48,231 nt of DNA from an uncultured virus (IMG/VR IMGVR_UViG_3300029305_010146). Lineage: Duplodnaviria > Heunggongvirae > Uroviricota > Caudoviricetes. The notes beneath the pieces were generated by a model. It made no database searches and was not told the DNA's origin. It was given only the letters and a program-made list of their open reading frames with translations. The DNA lies in IMG/VR virus record IMGVR_UViG_3300029305_010146. One strand, written 5' to 3'. A program made the position numbers and the translations under genes. Numbering within the stretch: the stretch's first letter is position 1; every line of letters starts with the position of its first letter. Of the stretch, positions 41,149 to 48,231 are shown piece after piece.

Positions 41149-43410
41149 ATGAGTACTTTTTTAAAGGGGTCTATTTATGACCCCTTCGCACCTGATTTGC
41201 CGCAGGATAAAAAGGCAGAATTTCTTGTAAGTGATACCTATTGCAGACTCTTAACTGGGTTTGCAAGAGGCATTACTGGCAATCCCAAGATACAGGTGGT
41301 TATTTTACCCCCGTTTTCCGAAGCACTCGGTTATACGGACGGAAATACAATTTACCTCTGTACCGTTCATGAGATGTTTATCCATCTCCCTATCGATACT
41401 ATCACCGAATTCGTATTGGCAGTTGCTCTTCATGAACCTTGCCATGTTCTCTATACTGATTTTAAGTATTGGAACTCTCGTTTAAGAAGCATTGCTCGTG
41501 GCGTACATCTCTATAAGTGGTTGTTTAACTCCATTTGCGATGCCCGTATTGAGCGAATTGGTTGTATCGACTTTCCAGGAATTAAGCATTACCTCATCGA
41601 TTTTCGTAATTTCTTTTACGAATATGATGATGGCAACCCCGTTAAGGGAGCACAAGCATTGCTTAATAACATCTTGCTATTTGCCACTTGTGGCAAGGTG
41701 AAATATCCAATGACACAAGAAGCAGAGGCACTGTTTGAACAGTGTCGCCCTTATATCATCGCTGGTCGTAGAGCAGACACTACTGCTGATTGCGACAAGA
41801 ATGTTTCCGAAATTTTCGACATCATTTACGAGTATGTAAAGAATGAACAGGATATGCCTGAAAACCCCACTGGTTCAATTACTTCTAAAAAGAACTCTAA
41901 AAACTTTAAGAAGAATGCAAAAACTGGTGGTGCTGACAGCATCCAGTTCGACGAAGATATGGAAACTGACGATAGCGACGACGGAGATGATGACGGCGAA
42001 CAGGATGGTAACTCTTCTGGTAGCGGTAAATCAAAGAAGTCTTCCAAGAAGTCTTCCAAGAAATCCTCTGGTGGCAAAAGCAGCAATGCCGATGCTGATG
42101 AGGATGAAGATGAAGATGGCGATGGAAACGGTTCTGGTTCTGACAAGAAAGATAAGAAATCGAATGAAGATAAAAAGTCTTCTGGTTCTGGTAAAGCAGG
42201 AGATGAAGACGAAAATGAAGATGATATCAATAACGGTTCTTCTGGTAATTCCGACAAGGATGCCGACGAAGATGGTTCTGATGGTTCTTCCGACGACAAA
42301 ACTTCTGACGATGGCGAATCTTCCGATAAGAACGACGATAGCGACGGTTCTTCCAACGACGGAAACGATGGTAATAACGATGGTGACGACGATGATGCTG
42401 ATGAAGGCGATAGCGATGGTGACAATGATGGTAGCGGAAATGATGGGAATGATAGCGGAAACGACCAAGGCGGAAGCGATGGTGGTGATGCTGACGGAAC
42501 ATCTATTTCCGATTTAGAAGCACAGGCAAGTCGTGAAATGCTTCGTAATGCAATTGAAGGTTCTATCCCCTCTTTCGAGGCAGAAAAAGAACAAAAGGCT
42601 GCAGATGCGAATCGCATGAAATCTCTCGAAAGCGAATCCACTGGAACTACCAATGTTAAGTGTGTTCATGCCTCTGCCAATAACGACCCTATGTATGCAG
42701 AAATTACCGCTTCTGCTTCTCCTGTTATTAATCATCTTGTTTCTGAAATGAGAAAAGTTATTAACTGGAATCAGGACGAAATCTGTCATAAGCAAGGTCG
42801 TGGTTATCTCGACCCTCAATCTCTCACCTATTCGCATCGTGGCACCTGCTTTGGACGCAGGATTGAAAAATCCGACGAAGCAGACTTGTTTATCTCCATA
42901 ATCGTTGACTCTTCTGGTTCTATGAGTGGACAACGCCTTATGAATACGGCAGTTACTTCTGCTATTATTCTCGAAGCATGTTCTGCCCTCAAAATACCTG
43001 TAACGATTAAAGGTTTTGCAAGTGGTTATCGTGCCGCTTGTGACATCACTCACTATTGGGATTACCAATACAAGAATCAAAATTGTAAGCACAATCTTAT
43101 TCAGATGTATGCTTCTGGTGGCACTCCGCTTGCCGAAGCACTTGCTTACGAAAAAGATTACTTGTCAAAAGTAAGATTTGCTGATAAACTTGTTTTTGTA
43201 TTGACTGACGGTGAACCGAATAATACAACCAGTGCAATTACACAGGTTTCTCGCCTTTCTCAAGATGCCCTTGTTTACGGTGTTGCCATTGGCGACGATG
43301 TTCCGTGTTTAAAGGGAATTTTTGGTGAGAATCGCTTCATCGATGCAAGAGATATCAAAACTTTGCCTTTCCAAATTGGCAATATAATCAAGCGAAACAT
43401 CATTCGTTAA
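41149..43410 (+). CDS. CobT-like protein: HEXXH metallopeptidase-like domain, acidic linker and VWA domain
   Basis: GYTDG, LHEPCH, FNSICDARIE; D/G/S-rich linker; MIDAS motif DSSGSMS, GGTPL and LTDGEP. Confidence 0.85.
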   Translation: MSTFLKGSIYDPFAPDLPQDKKAEFLVSDTYCRLLTGFARGITGNPKIQVVILPPFSEALGYTDGNTIYLCTVHEMFIHLPIDTITEFVLAVALHEPCHVLYTDFKYWNSRLRSIARGVHLYKWLFNSICDARIERIGCIDFPGIKHYLIDFRNFFYEYDDGNPVKGAQALLNNILLFATCGKVKYPMTQEAEALFEQCRPYIIAGRRADTTADCDKNVSEIFDIIYEYVKNEQDMPENPTGSITSKKNSKNFKKNAKTGGADSIQFDEDMETDDSDDGDDDGEQDGNSSGSGKSKKSSKKSSKKSSGGKSSNADADEDEDEDGDGNGSGSDKKDKKSNEDKKSSGSGKAGDEDENEDDINNGSSGNSDKDADEDGSDGSSDDKTSDDGESSDKNDDSDGSSNDGNDGNNDGDDDDADEGDSDGDNDGSGNDGNDSGNDQGGSDGGDADGTSISDLEAQASREMLRNAIEGSIPSFEAEKEQKAADANRMKSLESESTGTTNVKCVHASANNDPMYAEITASASPVINHLVSEMRKVINWNQDEICHKQGRGYLDPQSLTYSHRGTCFGRRIEKSDEADLFISIIVDSSGSMSGQRLMNTAVTSAIILEACSALKIPVTIKGFASGYRAACDITHYWDYQYKNQNCKHNLIQMYASGGTPLAEALAYEKDYLSKVRFADKLVFVLTDGEPNNTTSAITQVSRLSQDALVYGVAIGDDVPCLKGIFGENRFIDARDIKTLPFQIGNIIKRNIIR

Positions 43411-43430
43411 TTACAAGGAGGTTTAAGTGT

Positions 43431-44264
43431 ATGGAAATACGCTGTTTTTTAGACGAAGCAAATGAGACTACCACCATCGTTTTGGTTGGTATGTCTTCTG
43501 AAAAAGTTCACAAAATTGCTTCGGATATCCTTGGGGTTGCGGTTGAAAAAGTTTCCAACCTTAAAAGCAATGGTTTTGCGAACGAAGCACCTGTTGTTGT
43601 TCCTGAAACTAAAAAGGAGGAACCTGCAAAGGTTTCTCCTGCAAAGGTTGGTCTCAATACCGATAACTTATTTAAGGATACCGAGACGTATGTGGAAAAC
43701 AATGCGACTGCAAGCGAACCTGTCGCAAGCGGTGAAATTGTAACCAACCCGATTCCCGAAGATAATCCTATCGCAGATACTTCTCTGTTGAAGGCACCTG
43801 TAAAAGCCGCACCTGCCATGCCTATTGATATGGGAGTTGCAGAGACTGTTCCTGAAACATCGCCTTCTGCTGTATCTACCGAAGAAGAAATTCCTGTAGA
43901 AGAATTCAAATTCACCTTCGGTACATTCAGAAACAAGAGTATCAAGGAAAGTCTCGCAAGCAATTCCAAAAAAGCATTTGGCTATTTTAAGTGGTTGCTC
44001 GCAGACCACATCTTGGTAAACAAAAATCCCAATGAAGAAGCCTTCAAAAAGGATGTTTACCGTCAGTTGAAGGATTACTTCACTGTCAATAGTGTTCCAC
44101 AGGAGGATGAACTCCGTGATGTTGCTTATGTCTTGCTCGCATCTTGCGATGCAGTGACTCGTGATGACATTCTGTCTATTTTCGGTTATGCCGATATTGA
44201 CGAGTTCTACAATGCTAATAATAGCACCAACTGTGCAGATGCTATTAAAATGGTTTTAGCTTAA
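43431..44264 (+). CDS. Hypothetical protein with Pro/Glu linker and an FxFG-x-F-x-x-K module
   Basis: AAGGAGG RBS; FTFGTFRNKSIKE...YFKWLL. Confidence 0.7.
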   Translation: MEIRCFLDEANETTTIVLVGMSSEKVHKIASDILGVAVEKVSNLKSNGFANEAPVVVPETKKEEPAKVSPAKVGLNTDNLFKDTETYVENNATASEPVASGEIVTNPIPEDNPIADTSLLKAPVKAAPAMPIDMGVAETVPETSPSAVSTEEEIPVEEFKFTFGTFRNKSIKESLASNSKKAFGYFKWLLADHILVNKNPNEEAFKKDVYRQLKDYFTVNSVPQEDELRDVAYVLLASCDAVTRDDILSIFGYADIDEFYNANNSTNCADAIKMVLA

Positions 44265-44269
44265 ACAAT

Positions 44270-44297
44270 AAAATCCCACCGAAAGGTGGGATTTTTT
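44270..44297 (+). terminator. Rho-independent terminator
   Basis: AAAATCCCACC-GAAA-GGTGGGATTTT. Confidence 0.9.
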
Positions 44298-44307
44298 GTT
44301 TTTACTA

Positions 44308-44336
44308 TTGACATAGTGGTAGTTTTATGTTATAAT
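44308..44336 (+). promoter_or_regulatory. Consensus extended sigma-A promoter
   Basis: TTGACA-17 nt-TATAAT with TG. Confidence 0.8.
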
Positions 44337-44367
44337 AAAGAAAAAATGAAAGGAGTATTGTGTCATT

Positions 44368-45225
44368 ATGGCGAAGAAAAAAATTGAAAAAAGATTGTGG
44401 CGCAATTTATATAAAACAGCGAATGCCATTAAAGAATTATCTTCTCTTTGTGAATACTTTGTATTTTTCGACACAGAGACGACTGGTCTAAATACTTCTA
44501 AAGAAAGAATTATACAGATTTCAGCAATAAAAACAGATAAAAACCTTAATATTATTGAAAAGTTTAATTCTTATTGCAATCCTTTCCCTATGCTTGTTTC
44601 CCCTAAAATCACTGAAATTACTGGTATTACACAGGCACAAGTAGAAAGTGCTCCACCTGAAAAGGATGTTATGATAGCATTCAATGTTTTTTCCTCTGAT
44701 GCCTGTTTTATTGCATACAATTCAGAATTTGATTATGAAATGCTTACCAGTGCTTTTAGTCGTGCTGGCATAGAAAGAGAAATATATCATTTTGATGTAA
44801 GAGAAGTATCTTATGATATTGCTCCTAATTGTTCTGATTTCAAACTTGCTACCGTATGTGAATATTTAGGTATTTCCAAAGATGGCGCTTTCCACGATTC
44901 AATGTACGATATTGAAATGACTTATGAGATTTTTAAGAGATATTATGAAATGTATATAACTCTTGAAGACACAGAAAGTAAAAAACCGAAAGTTAAAGTT
45001 TTTGCACTCAATCCATGGTCCATTGGTAAAAATATTAGGATTTATGTTCCAACATCTTGTGGGAGTTTTTATTACGATGTTATTAAAAAACATTGGGGAG
45101 AAAAAGATGCTAATTTTGACGATGCTAATATGGCAGATGTCGAAATGCAAGCACACAAAATGGCAAAAGCAAAAGGAACAACTCTCGCAAAACTAAAAGA
45201 AAGTGTGTCCTATCGTGATTTGTAA
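44368..45225 (+). CDS. DEDDh 3'-5' exonuclease (DnaQ/epsilon-like proofreader)
   Basis: FFDTETTGL, IIQISA, ITGIT, AYNSEFD and HDSMYD. Confidence 0.9.
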   Translation: MAKKKIEKRLWRNLYKTANAIKELSSLCEYFVFFDTETTGLNTSKERIIQISAIKTDKNLNIIEKFNSYCNPFPMLVSPKITEITGITQAQVESAPPEKDVMIAFNVFSSDACFIAYNSEFDYEMLTSAFSRAGIEREIYHFDVREVSYDIAPNCSDFKLATVCEYLGISKDGAFHDSMYDIEMTYEIFKRYYEMYITLEDTESKKPKVKVFALNPWSIGKNIRIYVPTSCGSFYYDVIKKHWGEKDANFDDANMADVEMQAHKMAKAKGTTLAKLKESVSYRDL

Positions 45226-45559
45226 AGAATGTAATACCGAACTTTTAACAGAAAACCGCTTGCATTATATTGATGGAAAATGGTATTTTATCCCTACATT
45301 TATTTGCAATGTACACGGGATGGCGATTCGTCAAAAAGATATTGTTGAAGACAATATTGTAATTCCTCAAAAATCCATCAGAAAATTCATTACAAAGGGA
45401 CTACATGTTAAAATAGTAGTAAAAAAAGACCAACCAACTGGAAAGTTGACAGAAGGTTATGTACAAGATGTTTTAACAAATTCACAGGAACATTGGCGAG
45501 GAATTAAGGTTCGTCTTACTGACGGTCAAGTTGGAAGAGTACAAGAAATCCTCCCTTAA
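45203..45559 (+). CDS. YwbE/DUF2196-family protein with N-terminal CxxC...CxxH extension
   Basis: VKIVVKKDQPTGKLTEGYVQDVLT...HWRGIKVRLTDGQVGRVQEI. Start may be GTG 45203 or GTG 45215. Confidence 0.75.
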   Translation: MCPIVICKECNTELLTENRLHYIDGKWYFIPTFICNVHGMAIRQKDIVEDNIVIPQKSIRKFITKGLHVKIVVKKDQPTGKLTEGYVQDVLTNSQEHWRGIKVRLTDGQVGRVQEILP

Positions 45560-45567
45560 CATTTTTC

Positions 45568-45593
45568 AAGGTGGTCTATCAAGACCACCTTTT
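45568..45593 (+). terminator. Rho-independent terminator
   Basis: AAGGTGGTCT-ATCA-AGACCACCTT followed by T residues. Confidence 0.75.
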
Positions 45594-45594
45594 C

Positions 45595-45623
45595 TTGATA
45601 TTTTACCCTCTATAAATTATAAT
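45595..45623 (+). promoter_or_regulatory. sigma-A promoter of dnaE
   Basis: TTGATA-17 nt-TATAAT. Confidence 0.7.
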
Positions 45624-45671
45624 TTGCACGTAAGCATTATACTTAAGTTTCAAAGAAGGAGGAATATATTT

Positions 45672-48104
45672 ATGACTTACGAAACCTATCTTAAAGAGGT
45701 AGAAGCAGTTACCGTTAAAGATTATGTTGAACTCCATGTGCACAGTGTCGGTTCTTACCGTGATGCAACATCGAGAATTTCAGAAATCTTCGGTGCTACT
45801 GTTGCCCTCAATCGAGGTGCTGTGGCCGTCACAGACCACGGCATGATGCCTTATCTTATGGAATGTTTTAAGGAAAGAACTAATATTGAGAAGAAAAATC
45901 TCAATGAAATTCTTTCCGCAAACAATGTCAACGAAAAGGACATTAATTCCATTATGAAGGCCATCGGTTCTCTCGGCAGTCTTCGCAAACCATCCGAGAA
46001 ACTCATTCCTTTTATTGAGAATTATGGTCAGTTTTTCATCGAAGCACTTAAGAAATCCGTAAAGTTTGTTCCTGGTATCGAGGCATACATTTGTCCTGAA
46101 AAAGAATACAAGGGATATTACCACATGGAGTTCTATGCAAAAGATGAAATTGGTTTGAAAGAAATTTACAAACTTGCAAACCTTGCAGAACTTTCTCAAT
46201 ACAAAGGACGCGGAAGAGCAACCTATGCTGATATCGAAAGACTTTTTGGTGTTGGAACAGTTGGACATGGACATGTGATTGCTACATCTTCTTGTATGCA
46301 AGGTCCGCTCTCTTTTACTCTTCTTAAACCCCAAAACATCGACAAAGAAATTCGCAAACAGCAGGCAAAACTTTCCGCACTTCCGTCAGTTGATTTTGAA
46401 GCAATCGCATCCTTTGAGGAAAAGATTGTTGAAAGAAATCAACAACTCAAAGATGCAAGAGTAGCAAAAAATGCTGCCGCATCTGCCGTAAAGAAGAGTT
46501 TTGATGTTAAAATTTCAAGAGCGGAAAAGAAAATTTCTACCCTTGAAGAAACCATTTCTTCTCTTGTCGGCAAAGATGATGCCACAAGCATTCGCAAACT
46601 TGCTACCGCACAGGCATCTTTAGAAGAGGCAAAAAACACACTTACTTCTGTACTTGCAGAAAAAGAAGCAAACGATGCTCTTGCAAAAACTCTCGATGCT
46701 CGCATTGCCGAAATTGATGCTCTCACAGCAGCAATCAAGCAAGCAAAAGAAAGTCTTACTGCTATTAAGAAACAGGCAGAACCTCACGAAAGAATTCGTG
46801 CTCGCATTGCCGAACTTGAATCCGAAAAAGAAAAGTTAGGCGATGTATTTACGGAAGCAAAAGAACTCGCTATTATGTTCAATGGTATCTTTGGTGATGG
46901 CAATTTCTTTATCGAACTGCAAAATCATGGAATTCCGCAGGAACTCTATTGTTTGCCCTTCTTAAAGAAGATTTCTACCGAAACCAATATTCCTATGACA
47001 GTAGCAAATGATGTGCACTATATCTCTCCCGAAGATTCTCGAAAGAGAAGTGCAGTTGTTGCAATTCGTCGTGGCAAGATGATTTCCGATATTGAGGCAG
47101 AAGTTGGCAACGACCAGCTTTACTTCAAGACTAACGAGCAGATGCATAAACTTTTTGCAGATGTTCCCGAAGCACTTTTGGGTCCTGCAAAGATTGCCAA
47201 TGCTTGTAATGTTGTTATCACTCACGATGAATGGCATTTGCCAAAGTATGACACTGGTTCTTCTGAAACCGCAAAAGAATACCTGACTCGTATTGCAAAG
47301 GAAAATATTCCTGCAAAATTCCCTGAATTCGACAAAAACTCTGATGAGTGGAAAAAAAGTTTCTTTGAGCGTTTTAACTATGAGTTAGATATTATCGAAA
47401 ACATGGGATTTTCCAACTATATCGCCATTGTTCATGACTATATCAGATATGGTCGTAAAATTGGTGGTCGTGCATCTGTTGGACCTGGTCGTGGTTCTGC
47501 TGCTGGTTCGTTGGTTTGCTACCTTGTAGACATTACCGATGTTGACCCGCTTCGCTATTCTTTGCTGTTCGAGCGTTTCTTGAATCCTGCTCGTGTATCC
47601 ATGCCTGATATCGACGTTGACTTCGCTGCTTTTATTCGTGAAGAAGTCATTTCTTATGTCACAGAACTTTACTCTTATAAAGAAGAGTATTCTGTTCCTG
47701 AAATTTCTCACACTGTATGCAACATTATGACTGAAGGTGTCTTCGCTGCAAGAAGTGCTATCAGAAATATTGGTCGTGTAACTGGTGTTCCCCTTGATTT
47801 TTGCGACAAAATCGCAAAGATGATTCCGAACAAACCTAAAATGACCATTATGAAGGCATTTGACGAAAATCCCGATTTCAAAAATGCATACGATACTGAC
47901 CCTGATGCAAAGCAACTTATCAATGATGCTATGCTCATCGAAGGTATTCCTTCTCACACTGGTGTCCATGCTGCAGGTGTTATCATCGCTGATAAACCTA
48001 TTACAGAATATGCACCTATGTTGTGGAACGAAAAGAAGGGTGTTTGGGTTATTCAGTACGACATGGTTTCTTGTGAGAAAGACTTGAAACTTCTAAAAAT
48101 GGAC
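45672..48104 (+). CDS. dnaE: DNA polymerase III alpha subunit, 5' exon (PHP and palm), with coiled-coil insertion
   Basis: ELHVHS, VTDHG, ELQNHG, NDVHY, GPGRGSAAGSLV, FERFLNPARVSMPDIDVDF, GVHAAGV and LLKMD. ATG 45672 follows AAGGAGG. Homology ends abruptly at KMD. Confidence 0.95.
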
Positions 48105-48231
48105 GTGCGACTTGTTCGCTAACGAAAAACTTCCGAAAGGAAAACAAGTTAGCGGAACAAATGAATGAAATATATGAGTACAGTTGGTACAAAAGTGGTT
48201 AGAACCCGCCTGCTTGAAAGTATAGAGTAAA
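48105..48231 (+). mobile_element. 5' end of a probable group II intron inserted in dnaE
   Basis: Begins GTGCGAC (5' consensus GUGYG) exactly where FLGL is expected; in-frame stop at 48120-48122; structured hairpin with a TTCC-GAAA-GGAA GNRA loop. The 3' end and any RT ORF are outside the window. Confidence 0.7.

Noticed and set aside
41826..42653. Overlapping ORFs on both strands across the VWA protein linker
   Set aside because: By-products of the low-complexity GAT/GAC/GGT/TCT linker.
45531..45671. N-terminal extension of DnaE in the ORF track (also the track starts at 5063, 35572 and 35816)
   Set aside because: These extensions run through a terminator, promoter, RBS or upstream gene; RBS-supported starts are 45672, 5093, 35581 and 35900.
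46327..46845. Possible intein in DnaE
   Set aside because: No intein splicing motifs or LAGLIDADG blocks; the sequence is a plain coiled coil.
48105..48122. dnaE as a simple truncated pseudogene ending VRLVR
   Set aside because: The break falls exactly at a conserved motif and starts with GTGCG, which fits an intron better. It cannot be fully excluded without downstream sequence.

Overview
AT-rich window with sigma-A-type promoters and AGGAGG ribosome-binding sites, most consistent with a large extrachromosomal element (megaplasmid or giant mobile element) of a Clostridia-like Firmicute. No rRNA, tRNA, CRISPR array or phage virion genes were seen. Five blocks are visible. (1) 1-16.5 kb: a Gram-positive type IV pilus locus (minor pilins, pilM/N/O, pilB, pilT, pilC), followed by two very large pilin-adhesin fusions (one with BspA-type LRRs, one with Cys/His repeats), a lipoprotein and a membrane-anchored paralogue of the pilin head. 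(2) 16.5-21.5 kb: a short DnaG primase, a Rad50/SbcC-like ATPase and small membrane proteins. (3) 21.8-35.2 kb: a candidate non-canonical DNA-transfer locus. It contains a tandem zinc-knuckle SSB, a Replic_Relax-like PD-(D/E)xK protein, membrane proteins, a 1337-aa HerA/VirB4-type ATPase, a CpaE/MinD-like ATPase, an apparently inactive CpaF-like protein and topoisomerase III. (4) 35.3-45.6 kb: accessory genes (PP2C phosphatase, DUF4046-like protein, MoxR AAA+ plus HEXXH-VWA pair, DEDDh exonuclease, YwbE-like protein). (5) 45.7 kb to the end: a DnaE with a long coiled-coil insert, cut at its KMD|FLGL motif by a probable group II intron. The most striking feature is a ~500-residue, strictly alternating Ser/Thr/Gly insert in the HerA/VirB4-like ATPase. 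It reads as one symmetric beta-hairpin with a hydrophobic tip and base, which would let an oligomeric ATPase build its own long beta-barrel conduit. This structural reading is inference and has not been modelled. All family calls come from motif recognition by eye, with no database searches.
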